A DNA stretch of 64,000 nucleotides from Macrostomum lignano (taxonomy: Eukaryota). The notes beneath the pieces were generated by a model. The model did not search any database. It had not been told where the DNA came from and was given only the letters and a program-made list of their open reading frames with translations. Numbering within the stretch: position 1 is the first letter of the stretch; each line of letters opens with the position of its first letter. Location of the stretch: positions 62,001 to 126,000 of the forward strand of contig NIVC01001494.1 of NCBI GenBank assembly GCA_002269645.1, written 5' to 3'. The position numbers were made by a program, and so were the translations under genes. Positions 12,136-24,267 of the stretch are shown piece after piece.

Positions 12136-15100
12136 TCACAGCAGCCGTCCGAACGCGATGACCTCGCACAGGGTGAGGAACTCATTACTGAAGCGCTGCG
12201 TGACCTTGAGAGTCGTGCCAACCTGCTCGCAAGGAAAGTCCTCGATGCTGAATGCCTGGGTGGAGTTGTAGCTGGCGCACTGCAGGCCGTCCACTGAGAT
12301 CGCGAAGTTCTTTAGTCTTGTCTCGCAGCAGTCCTGCCGGTTGTAGATGCGCACCAGACTGACGAAGGCCCTGGAGGTCATGGAGGCCTGCCACCACTCG
12401 TTGGCCACTGTTGCCCGGTCAGTATGGGTGCAGACGGCTCCAGGATTGTGGTTTTGGTCCACGCTTCCGTCAATGGCATTGTTGCAGTTTCCTTCAAGTG
12501 TGCTTGACTCGCTACATCCTGACAGCTGCAGCTGCTCTGGAATGTTTTATTTAAAATAATGTTTATGCTCATAGCTTAAAGCTTGCTCTCGTCACCCTTG
12601 TTTGCCTTGAGTAAACTGCTTCACTCTAATCTTGACTTGTAGAGTATAATTATTCATAAAATGCTACTGTAAGTAGACTAATGCAAACATGCGCAGCAAA
12701 ACTTAAACTGTGAATCAGGTTACTATTTATAACGAAGCTATGAAGCATGTTACTATTTATAATGGGAAGATGTATCATGTTACTACATATGATGAAAGAT
12801 GAGTCGGCTTACCATTTATAACAAAAAGAGGAATCATGTTAATACGTAAAAAACTTGCCTATAAATACAAGCCAAAATCCGAGCTAAAATCTCAGACTCG
12901 GAGCAGCCTCCAAAGATCTTGAGTTTGCCGAAGCAGTTAAGCGAGGCTACATCTCCGAGGGAAATAAATACCATTCGGTAAGTCTTTGTTCGAGTCTTCG
13001 TTATTTGATTATTGAGAGCTGCGTTATTGCCGGCCGTTACTGATCAGTTGAGTTCACTAAGTCTATTAAGTTTGAGGCCTTCCTTTTCCTAAAGGATTGG
13101 ATAGGATCTGCGGACCGATTCCGATACCCTTAGAGGATTATTGATTGATTGATTTTGGTACCCTAGAGTAATCGATACGGGCACACGACTCCGATTCCGT
13201 TATTTCTAGAAGAAGACACCCTTTCTGGAGGACCTCGTTATTGTTTTAGAGTTGACTTTGTTATTAGGGCGCATCTCTGATCTCAGCACTCGAGGAATAT
13301 ATTGACTTCTGCACTCGAGGAATATATTGACTTCTGCACTCGAGGAATATATTGACTTCTGCACGCGAGGAATATATTGACTTCTGCACTCGAGGAATAT
13401 ATTGACTTCTGCACTCGAGGAATATATTGACTTCTGCACGCGAGGAATATATTGACTTCTGCACGCGAGGAATATATTGACTTCTGCACGCGAGGAATAT
13501 ATTGACTTCTGCACTCGAGGAATATATTGACTTCTGCACTCGAGGAATATATTGACTTCTGCACTCGAGGAATATATTGACTTCTGCACGCGAGGAATAT
13601 ATTGATTTCTGCACTCGAGGAATATATTGACTTCTGCACGCGAGGAATATATTGACTTCTGCACGCGAGGAATATATTGACTTCTGCACGCGAGGAATAT
13701 ATTGACTTCTGCACTCGAGGAATATATTGACTTCTGCACGCGAGGAATATATTGACTTCTGCACTCGAGGAATATATTGACTTCTGCACGCGAGGAATAT
13801 ATTGATTTCTGCACGCGAGGAATATATTGACTTCTGCACGCGAGGAATATATTGACTTCTGCACTCGTGGAATATATTGACTTCTGCACGCGAGAAATAT
13901 ATTGATTTCTGCACGCGAGGAATATATTGACTTCTGCACTCGAGGAATATATTGACTTCTGCACGCGAGGAATATATTGACTTCTGCACTCGAGGAATAT
14001 ATTGACTTCTGCACGCGAGGAATATATTGACTTCTGCACGCGAGGAATATATTGACTTCTGCACGCGAGGAATATATTGACTTCTGCACGCGAGGAATAT
14101 ATTGACTTCTGCACTCGAGGAATATATTGACTTCTGCACGCGAGGAATATATTGATTTCTGCACGCGAGGAATATATTGATTTCTGCACGCGAGGAATAT
14201 ATTGACTTCTGCACGCGAGGAATATATTGACTTCTGCACGCGAGGAATATATTGACTTCTGCACTCGAGGAATATATTGATTTCTGCACGCGAGGAATAT
14301 ATTGACTTCTGCACTCGAGGAATATATTGACTTCTGCACGCGAGGAATATATTGACTTCTGCACGCGAGGAATATATTGACTTCTGCACGCGAGGAATAT
14401 ATTGACTTCTGCACGCGAGGAATATATTGACTTCTGCACGCGAGGAATATATTGACTTCTGCACGCGAGGAATATATTGACTTCTGCACGCGAGGAATAT
14501 ATTGACTTCTGCACTCGAGGAATATATTGACTTCTGCACTCGAGGAATATATTGACTTCTGCACTCGAGGAATATATTGACTTCTGCACGCGAGGAATAT
14601 ATTGACTTCTGCACGCGAGGAATATATTGACTTCTGCACGCGAGGAATATATTGACTTCTGCACGCGAGGAATATATTGACTTCTGCACGCGAGGAATAT
14701 ATTGACTTCTGCACGCGAGGAATATATTGACTTCTGCACGCGAGGAATATATTGACTTCTGCACGCGAGGAATACTTTGTCGTCGACGGATTGAATTGTT
14801 ACGCTCTTACATTCGGCCGATTTATAGAATTCAAGATAATACTCCGGAGGAAGAATATTCGAAGAAAGGAGCTCGGAGAACCTGCCCGACAAAGAAGAGG
14901 AGCCCGCATCAGTAAGTGATCACTGAATTCTGTTCCCAGGCTTAACATCTGGAAGTGGGAGTTCGTGAGTTTAGACACTAGACTTAATTCTCTCTTTCCC
15001 TCTCTCTCTAGTGTGCTAAAGCGAACTCTTCAGACTTTTAAAGAACTGAACATTGCCACAACTCACCAAACAGTTTCTCTCTAGTCGGTAAGTAACAGGT

Positions 15101-16853
15101 TATGATCGCAATTTCATTAATAAATATCTTCATCAATTGCGCACCCATGGTAATTTAGGCTTACATTCGGCCTAATGGCTTAAGGAGTGCTCGGGGCTCA
15201 GCATAAATGCATGCTGGCTTGCCTTCTCGCTAGCTGGCATCTCAGCCTCTGCAAAATAACTGGATCAGCTTCCTGCAACTTGCTGCCAGCCAAATGGAAC
15301 TGAAGCCCCTGACTGCAACTTGCCAGCCAAACCGAACTGAAGCCCCTGACTGCAACTTGCCAGCCAAACCGAACTGAAGCCCCTGACTGCAACTTGTCAG
15401 CCAAACCGAACTGAAGCCCCTGACTGCAACTTGCCAGCCAAATGGAACTGAAGCCCCTGACTGCAACTTGCTGCCAGCCAAATGGAACTGAAGCCCCTGA
15501 CTGCAACTTGCTGCCAGCCAAATGGAAATGAAGCCCCTGACTGCAACTTGCTGCCAGCCAAATGGAACTGAAGCCCCTGACTGCCACTTGCCAGCCAAAT
15601 GGAACTGAAGCCCCTGAATGCAACCTGCCAGCCGAATGGAACTGAAGCTTCCCTGACTGCAACTTGTTGCCAGCCTAATGGAACTGAAGCCCCTGACTGC
15701 AACTTGCTGCCAGCCAAATGGAACTGAAGCCCCTGACTGCAACTTGCCAGCCAAATGGAACTGAAGCCCCTGACTGCAACTTGCCAGCCAAATGGAACTG
15801 AAGCCCCGCACTGCAACTTGCCAGCCAAATGGAACTGAAGCCCCGCACTGCAACTTGCCAGCCAAATGGAACTGAAGCCCCGCACTGCAACTTGCCAGCC
15901 AAATGGAACTGAAGCCCCGCACTGCAACTTGCCAGCCAAATGGAACTGAAGCCCCGCACTGCAACTTGCCAGCCAAATGGAACTGAAGCCCCGCACTGCA
16001 ACTTGCCAGCCAAATGGAACTGAAGCCCCGCACTGCAACTTGCCAGCCAAATGGAACTGAAGCCCCGCACTGCAACTTACCAGGCTTCCATGCCAACACC
16101 CGGTCGCCCGTGCAGTCGGTCGCGCTGGCGGCAGTCGCACTCGCGTTGACCTCCAGCTCGCTGCTCAGCAGGGCGCAGACGCCGCCGCTTCCGCCGTTAT
16201 CAGCGAGGCGAACACCGCGGCAGCGAGCCTCCAAAGCGCATCTCATGGCGCAGCTGCTCAGTGCGTCGCGCAGCCGGTCATCAGAGCAGGAGGCGGCCGG
16301 ATTTCTGGGCAAGAAGGTCAGTCTCGAGCCGCAGTGCTGCGCCGCATCAGCCTCAAAAACTGGCAGAAGCAGCAGCAGCGGCAGCAGCAGACAGTAGCTG
16401 ACCGAGGCCAGCGCCTTCGCCAGCTCGGCTCCCGTTTGGGCAACCTGAAATATCAGCAAAATGTAGAGTTGCTATGGGTGAGCTGAGGCACTCAGTCACA
16501 GTGTGCATGGGTGAGCTGAGACCCTCAGTCACAGTGTGCATGGGTGAGCTGAGACCCTCAGTCACAGTGTGTGCATGGGTGAGCTGAGGCACTCAGTCAC
16601 AGTGTGAATGGGTGAGCTGAGGCACTCAGTCACAGTGTGCATGGGTGAGCTGAGGCACTCAGTCACAGTGTGAATGGGTGAGCTGAGACCCTCAGTCACA
16701 GTGTGCATGGGTGAGCTGAGACCCTCAGTTACAGTGTTCGAACCGATTAGCATAATTATTCTAGCTAAGAAAATTGTAGCATTAGACCCGAATTGAAAAT
16801 CTCAGACTCACCTGCGTTTTCCGACTAAAAATAGAGAGATTTTCACCTGCCAT
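12136..16853 (-). CDS. PAN/Apple-like + F-type lectin, copy 3 (about 268 aa)
   Basis: Exons 16853-16812 (MAGENLSIFSRKTQ), 16444-16081 (donor G|GTAAGT) and 12536-12136 (HTD...RQDCCETR); frame continuous. Confidence 0.88.
12638..15032. mobile_element. Solo-LTR-like insertion (2,395 bp) carrying a 25-bp array
   Basis: Ends TGTAGAG...CTCTTCA with a 4-bp TSD GACT (12634-12637 / 15033-15036). The empty site (CTTGACTTTTA) is present in copy 4 at about 20094-20104. TATAAA at 12860 and AATAAA at 12963. Confidence 0.8.
13286..14774. repeat. 25-bp minisatellite, about 59 copies
   Basis: Unit GCAC(T/G)CGAGGAATATATTGACTTCT with two interspersed main variants. Confidence 0.97.
15270..16080. repeat. 37-40-bp minisatellite starting at the lectin exon-2 donor
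   Basis: Minus-strand unit GGCAAGTTGCAGTGCGGGGCTTCAGTTCCATTTGGCT, about 21 copies; 3 copies at 20145-20261 in copy 4. Confidence 0.95.
16476..16737. repeat. 33-bp minisatellite (lectin copy 3 intron 1)
   Basis: Same unit as 9205-9597. Confidence 0.9.
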
Positions 16854-17359
16854 TGTTGGAATTATTTCGCTTGTTGCGCTGCCTTTCTGCTTTGCAAGAT
16901 GCTTTTCATTGGATTTGTCTTGTTTTCTTTTCACTGGTTTGGGAAGATATCTTTGTTAAATATGTTTTCTGCTCATCTTCATCTTCATCTCAGCCTCCTT
17001 ACGCACCATTGTTTAAGTCTGCTGATTGTTTGGGCGCATGGGAGCGTGCCAACTAACTAGCAGCTCCCATTCAGAGCCCCGGCCTGACTGCGAACTGTAG
17101 AGCCAGCCGTGAGTCAATGAACAGAAAGGCAACAATTCAAAGAGCTTCTCCCTGCCAGCTCTGCCTGCGGTAAGCATCATTCAGTTGAGTTCCCGCCGCA
17201 GCACAGGAGAGCGAAGCGAGAGGTCTCAAATTGGCTGTGAAATTTGCCCGGCAACTGGAGAAAGGAGTGAGGAGGGGACGAAAGTGCTTTCCAGCAGACC
17301 TGCATGAATGCAGAGCAGCTGAAGAGCTGCCCGGTGTTTCGCTCTGATCCTCAACAATG

Positions 17360-17835
17360 CTCTGACTCTCTGATGATTCTATGATGATTCTCTGGTGATT
17401 CTCTGATTATTCTCTGATGACTCTTTGATGATTCTCTGATGATTCTCTGGTGATTCTCTGATTATTCTCTGATGACTCTCTGATGATTCTCTGATGATTC
17501 TCTGGTGATTCTCTGGTGATTCTCTGATGACTCTTTGATGATTCTCTGATGATTCTCTGGTGATTCTCTGGTGATTCTCTGATTATTCTCTGGTGATTCT
17601 CTGGTGATTCTCTGATGACTCTTTGATGATTCTCTGATGATTCTCTGGTGATTCTCTGGTGATTCTCTGATTATTCTCTGATGACTCTTTGATGATTCTC
17701 TGATGATTCTCTGGTGATTCTCTGATGATTATCTGATGATTCTCTGATGATTCTCTGATGATTCTCTAATGATTCTCTGATGATTCTCTGATGATTATCT
17801 GATGATTCTCTGATGATTCTCTGATGATTCTCTAA
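17360..17835. repeat. 11-bp repeat (CTGATGATTCT)
   Basis: Direct reading. Confidence 0.9.
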
Positions 17836-18409
17836 TAAAATGTACTAGTGGTTGCTCATATACACAACTTGCGTGGCAAAAAATCGTTAAAATATGACAC
17901 ATCTCCCATCACTAAATTTTATAAGTATTAATTCTCAACAATCCTTCTGCGGTCAATATAATTTTTAAAAGCAATTGCTGCTCTTCCTGTCTACTAGAAA
18001 TACCTTGCAGATTCAGCTTGGCTATACTTTGAAGTTGGAATGAATTTATCTGTATTCCGCTCAGAAAAGGTTGGTATGCTCAGCCCAGACATTCCAGCTA
18101 TATATGAGCACACTACCGAGGACTGAAGGCTTCTGCGTCAAGACGTGGCAGAAAAGCGGTTGGTTTGGAGCATCGGTGTAATTTATTAAGTCGTTGTTCA
18201 ATTTCTAAATATTCTCAGGCTGTTGAGTTTTTAATCGCAATAAAAAAATGATAAAATAATAAATTAATAATAATAAAATAATAAAATGACAAGAGGGATT
18301 TTACAGAAATTGAGATTTTTGGCTTGTTTGGTCTAAATATGCTTTATTTCAGACAACAGTTTATTAGCAGTCGTATTATTTGAAAACAGATTGGATACTT
18401 TCATTTGGA

Positions 18410-19057
18410 AGGGCAGGCAGAGGGTAGGCTGAGGGCAGGCTGAGGGCAGGCTGAGGACAGGCTGAGGACAGGCTGAGGGCAGGCTGAGGGCAGGCTGAGG
18501 ACAGGCTGAGGGCAGGCTGAGGGCAGGCTGAGGGCAGGCTGAGGACAGGCTGAGGACAGGCTGAGGGCAGGCTGAGGGCAGGCTGAGGGCAGGCTGAGGG
18601 TAGGCTGAGGACAGGCTGAGGGCAAGCTGAGGGAAAGCTGAGGGCAGGCTGAGGACAGGCTGAGGACAGGCTGAGGGCAGGCTGAGGACAGGCTGAGGGC
18701 AAGCTGAGGGCAGGCTGAGGACAGGCTGAGGGCAAGCTGAGGGCAAGCTGAGGGCAGGCTGAGGACAGGCTGAGGGCAGGCTGAGAGCAGGCTGAGGGCA
18801 GGCTGAGGGCAAGCTGAGGGCAGGCTGAGGGCAGGCTGAGGACAGGCTGAGGGCAGGCTAAGGGCAGGCTGAGGGCAGGCTGAGGACAGGCTGAGGGCAA
18901 GCTGAGGGCAGGCTAAGGGCAGGCTGAGGGCAGGCTGAGGACAGGCTGAGGGCAGGCTGAGGGCAGGCTGAGGACAGGCTGAGGGCAGGCTAAGGGCAGG
19001 CTGAGGGCAGGCTGAGGGCAGGCTGAGGGCAGGCTGAGGCCAGGCTGAGGGTAGGCT
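18410..19057. repeat. 11-bp G-rich repeat (AGGCTGAGGGC)
   Basis: Direct reading. Confidence 0.95.
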
Positions 19058-19349
19058 CATCATTGCACTGTGGGAAACTGGACTGGTTGATGGAGAAACA
19101 AAAAAAGTTGCAGGTGCTGCACAGCTGGCTTGCTTTTTATATTTGATGCAAGTTCGCAAACCTGTCAACGAGTTATGGGGCTGATGCTGTCAAATCTATC
19201 GGATAAGAGTTATTTTTGAAGCAATGATAAAATATATTTTGTGTATAAATTAAGTGACAGACAGTAACTCCAGGCAAGATTATGTAGTGAAGAAAAATTG
19301 AGAGAAAAGCTCCAGATGGTATAGGTGTATGTTTAACATATAATAGGTG

Positions 19350-19515
19350 TACTGGCTACAGTTGATCATGTTTAGCATAGGTGTGCTCATGGCTACAGTT
19401 GATCATGTTTAGCATAGGTGTGCTCAAGGCTACAGTTGATCATGTTTAGCATAGGTGTGCTCATGGCTACAGTTGATCATGTTTAGCATAGGTGTGCTCA
19501 AGGCTACAGTTGATC
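19350..19515. repeat. 37-bp minisatellite
   Basis: Same unit as 11585-12045, about 4 copies. Confidence 0.9.
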
Positions 19516-19603
19516 AGCTTCGAACTAACCGTCTGCTTTCACTTCACAAATCAGAATCAGCCATGGACTCAGCTGAGAAACAGGCCGGTCGCTTCTTCCT
19601 TCT

Positions 19604-20625
19604 TCACAGCAGCCGTCCGAAGGCGATGACTTCGCACATGGTGAGGAACTCATTACTGAAGCGCTGCGTGACCTTGAGGGTCGTGCCAACCTGCTCGCAA
19701 GGAAAGTCCTTGATGCTGAATGCCTGGGCGGAGTTGTAGCTGGCGCACTGCAGGCCGTCCACGGAGATCGCGAAGTTATTCAGTCTGCTCTCGCTACCGT
19801 CTTGCCGGTTGTAGATGCGCACCAGACTGACGAAGGCCCTGGAGGCCATAGAGGCCTGCCACCACTCGTTGCCCACTGTTGCCTGGGTATGGCTGCAGAC
19901 GGCTCCAGAGTCGTGGTTTTGGTCCAGGCTTCCGTCAATGGCATTGTTGCAGTTTCCATTATAGGTGCTTGACTCGCTACATCCTGACAGCTGCAGCTGC
20001 TCTGGAATGTTTCAGTAAAATATGATTATGCTTATAGCTCGTAGCCAGCTTTATGCGCCTTTATTTGCCTTGAATGAACTGCTTCACTGTAATCTTGACT
20101 TTTAGAGAACTGAACATTGCCACAACAAGTCACTGTTGACTGCAACTTGCCAGCCAAATGGAACTGAAGCCCCTGACTGCAACTTGCCAGCCAAATGGAA
20201 CTGAAGCCCCTGACTGCAACTTGCCAGCCAAATGGAACTGAAGCCCCTGACTGCAACTTGCCAGGCTTCCATGCCAACACCCGGTCGCCCGTGCAGTCAG
20301 TCGCGCTGGCGGCAGTCGCACTCGCGTTGACCTCCAGCTCGCTGCTCAGCAGAGCGCAGACGCCGCCGCTTCCGCCGTTATCAGCGAGGCGAACACCGCG
20401 GCAGCGAGCCTCCAATGCGCATCTCATGGCGCAGCTGCTCAGTGCGTCACGCAGCCGGTCATCAGAGCAGGAGGCGGCCGGATTTCTGGGCAAGAAGGTG
20501 ACTCTCGAGCCGCAGTGCTGCGCCGCATCAGCCTCAAAAACTGGCAGAAGCAGCAGCAGCGTCAGCAGCAGGCAGTAGCTGACCGCGGCCAGCGCCTTCA
20601 CCAGCTCGGCTCCCGTTTGGGCAAC
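19604..20625 (-). CDS. PAN/Apple-like + F-type lectin, copy 4 (exon 1 not found; possibly a pseudogene)
   Basis: Exons 20625-20262 (GC donor G|GCAAGT) and 20001-19604 (HTQ...RQDGSESR), open frame. No homologue of the 42-nt ATG exon is seen beyond the gypsy insertion. Confidence 0.7.
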
Positions 20626-20769
20626 CTGAAATATCAGCAGTATGTAGAGTTGCTATGGGAGAGCTGAGACCCTCCGTCACAGTGTACACGGGTGAGCTGA
20701 GACCTTCAGTCACAGTGTGCATGGGTGAGCTGAGGCACTCAGTCACAGTGTGCATGGGTGAGCTGAGGC

Positions 20770-23530
20770 TGTTATAATCGATGAAGTATGCGGTCTTTAT
20801 TGTTTGTTAAATGTTGTTAGGGACGTGCCTGCATCCTATCTTGCAAAGCCATTGTGAGAGCTCTTGTGACACCAGCTGAGGTCCATTATCAGAAACTATG
20901 GTGTCAGGCACGCCTTCCTGTGCGAAGTCGCTTGATAGTCTCAGCAGCCGTCGTCTTTTGCATCAGGTGCACCTCCGGCCATTTAGAAAAGGCATCCATC
21001 ATCACCAGTGCGTGCGTGCCGTTTTTGAGCGGTCCTGCGAAGTCTATGTGGACTCGATTCTACCGGTCGATTTCGTCTGGACAAGACTCTCAATGAGGTC
21101 TTGTACAGTCCTTCCCTCTGCAGCAACCTTCGCATGCTCTGGTGTGGTGCTCTTTATCTTTGCCGATGTTTATCCACCATACCGACTTTCTGGCCAAGGA
21201 TTTCATCGCTTCCTTTCCCATGTGTCCATTGTGCAACTCTATGATAACTTTTTTTCTTAATCACTGAGGAATCACCAGTCTGTTTCCTTTGTAGATAAGA
21301 CCATCCTCCAATACTAGATCATTCCAAATCTTGGCATATGGTTGTAGAGGACATCGAACAGTTTGCTTCCATCCGTGAAGAATCTGCTTCTAAAGCTTTT
21401 TCATAACGAGGTCGTTCTTAGAAGCTGTTCGAATTTCCTTTTTAGAGACTGGCGGATCGTTGGTGCAGTCCTGAATCGCTTCTATTTCGAAGTGTTCTCT
21501 CTCAGATCCAGATGAGGCACAACGCGATAGTGCGTCGGGAACGGGAATTTCACTCGTCACTTTGTGCACAATCTCGCAACTGTAGGCCATCATTGTGACC
21601 GCCCAACGCTGAAGCCTAGCTGCTGTTACAGAAGAGAGCGTCTTGTTCGGATGGAAAATGTAGTGCAATGGTTTATTGTCCGTCACTAGTTTAAATCTTC
21701 TCCCGTAGAGGAGGAACTTTTGCAATCTTTTATCTGCCCAGACCACAGCCAGCGCCTCTCGCTCGATTTGAGCGTAGTTCTGCTCGGCCTTTGTGAGAGT
21801 CTTCGACACGTACAGAACAGGCCTACCGTTTTGCTTGATCACCGCTCCAATTCCGTGGGGAGATGCATCAGTCGTCAGCGTGACCTCTTCTTTCGGGTTG
21901 AACGGCACCAGAACGGAATCTCCCGTCAATGCTTCTTTCAGCTTCTGGAAGGCTTCGTCCTGCTCTTGGCCCCGAGACTATGCGATGTTCGATTGCAGAA
22001 GTCGGCTCAGTGGGGCTCTGATGTCTGAGAGGTCCTTAATGAAACGTCCATAGAACTTGAGCATTCCCAAAAAGCTTCTTAGCTCATTCGAATTTTTTGG
22101 TTTTTGGAATCCTTTTATCGCTCGAACCTTCTGTGGATCAGGTCAAATTCCGTGGGCACTAACAATGAGGCCGAGGATCTTTACTTTTTCTTTGCAGTGA
22201 GAGCATTTGCTTTCATTATGCTGCAGTCCGTTCTGATGAAGCCTTGACTTTACTGATTGAACTGCTGCATCATAGTCAGCTCGTGATGCCGTGTGCACGA
22301 TAACATCGTCTTGATAACTCTGGAAACCTTCAAGCCCACGTATCGAAGTTCATGGACAGATGACTGCCGTTGATATTCAGACTGACAATCAACGTTCTCC
22401 TGTCTGGAAATCTAGCAGCAAATATATATCGATCGGAGCTACTATGCTCGGAGTCTCGAGGAGCTTTACTGCTGTCGTTGATCAGTCTAACCTGATTTGC
22501 TCGCCTTTTGTGACGGCACACTGCCTCTAGATGACCTGACTTGTGACAAACTCTGCAGGCTTCATTTCGAAATCTGCAGTCTGCTTCTGATGACCTTTCT
22601 TTCCACAGCATCTGCAAAAGCTCTAACCTTTTCCAGCATTCCGCGAATCCTGCTGCCCATTCTCGATCTTACTTCCGGCCATGCGCCTGTCCCGTTTAGC
22701 CAACTTGTAAATTGAGCCTTGTTCGGGTTGCCAGTTCTTCTGTGACCTCTTAACTGCCTCGTGAGCTGTCGCGATTTCGACTGCTTTTTGAAGCGAAAGG
22801 TCGGATAACTTTTCTGTAAGCATCTTCCTCGGTGCCTCTTGGTTAGCAATCCCAAATACAAATTGGTCACGAAGTCGGCTTTCCAGCTCTGAAGAACCCG
22901 TTGGTTGGCCATCTTGCTTCGGCGTTTCTAAACTGAAGTCGCAGTTCTCAGCTGCCGCTCGAAGCTTCCGCACGTACGTCGGAATGTCGTCATCGCCTTG
23001 GCGCAGATTTGAAAAATCGAATCGGGCTGCAATCGGGAGTTTCTTGGGCTGAAACTGTCCCAGGATGATCTCCTTCAGCTCGCTTAGTGACTTGTCAGCT
23101 GGCTTCAGGGGAACTATTGCGTCGGCTACCATGTTGAACGCTTCAATCTCCACCATTGCCAGCAGTGCACTTTTCAGTCTGCCGCCCTCCTACGGAATTT
23201 GTTGCCAGGATGCGACTGCCTCAGACTGCAGAAGCCATAGATTGGGTCGTCACCGCGCTTTAGTGGTTCGATGAATTCTCTTGAGCTCGTCGCCATTTTG
23301 TTATAATCGATGGAGGATGCGGTCTTTATTGTTTGTTAAATGTTGTTGAGCGTTTATTTAGCTCCTACAGCTCTTGGCTTCTTTATCATATTTTTTTATA
23401 TAAAATAATTCATTCGAGCCATGAGCTCAAAACCTCCGTAGCTGTACTGTCTACGTAGGATTAAACATAAACAAATATTCGCAGTCAGCGCTGATTCTAA
23501 GTTCATTTTAATAGTGCAAAAGCCACAACA
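20770..23530 (-). mobile_element. Degenerate, internally deleted Ty3/gypsy (Mag-like) LTR retrotransposon
   Basis: 5' LTR 23299-23530 (TGTT...AACA) and truncated 3' LTR 20770-20818. TSD GAGGC/GAGAC with 1 mismatch. PBS TGGCGACGAG at 23295-23286. Gag 23156-22623, Zn knuckle CRVCHKSGHLEAVC, protease remnant DTWA, RT YQDD, RNase H (TDASPHGIGAV...YAQIEREALA), integrase (HNGH...CEGC, HIDFAGP, VSDNGPQ), with stops and frameshifts. Confidence 0.93.
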
Positions 23531-24267
23531 GAGACCCTCCGTCACCGTGTGCATGGGTGAGCTGAGACCCTCAGTCACAGTGTGCATGGGTGAGCTCAGA
23601 CCCTCAGTCACAGTGTGCATGGGTGAGCTGAGACCCTCAGGCAGTGCTCTCAAAGGATTTCAAGCTACTCGATCGGCTTTCAATATGAAAGAACTGGAAT
23701 TTCAGCCTTACCTGCCTTGGACGAGCGAAGCCAGATGAGGTTTCAGCTGCCATCAGTTCCCACTTGCTTGTCTCCGTTTGCTTTGCTTGAGAGCTGTTTG
23801 GGAGGCTCAGTGATTAACAATAGGATTTGTCTTGCTTTTCTTTCACGCAGCGCGGAGACTCTGCTTGGGTAAATATGGTATTTTGCGCAACCTTGCCCCA
23901 ACCTCAGCTCCTGCCAATCAACAGGGTAGCGCATTCGCCTGCTTGGGGTGAAGTGCGCTTCTGAACTCATTTAACTTCATACAGAATGCCTGATGCCTGC
24001 TTGCCTAGCTGGTAAACAATGGCTGCTAAGGACTCAGAAATTGTCTGTTGTCAAGCGTGGCAACAATTCAAGAGCCTGTGGGCATTCTGGCCCCGTAGCC
24101 ACGGTTGGCAGGGGAGTGGGGGGGGGGGCTGCTGCGCGCCTGAGTGCTTGAAGCAATTGAAGCTCTGGTATCTGCTATCGGCATGGGATAGATGCACACG
24201 GGCTGGGAGGGCTGCGCGCACCTTTTATGAATTTCAGTGGACGGTTGCCAAGATGGGCTTTGCTGCT

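Noticed and set aside
11585-14774. CRISPR-like appearance of 25-48-bp repeats
   Set aside because: Units are contiguous with no unique spacers, there are no cas genes, and the context is eukaryotic.
13206-14892. 500-aa ORFs in three frames
   Set aside because: Translation of a stop-free 25-bp tandem unit inside the LTR-like insert. The same applies to repeat ORFs at 10.8-11.4, 18.3-19.2, 36.1-37.0, 39.5-40.2, 45.0-46.7, 53.7-54.9 and 62.0-62.8 kb.
10385-17835. Hammerhead ribozyme motif CTGATGA
   Set aside because: Part of an 11-bp microsatellite; no stem II or GAAA partner.
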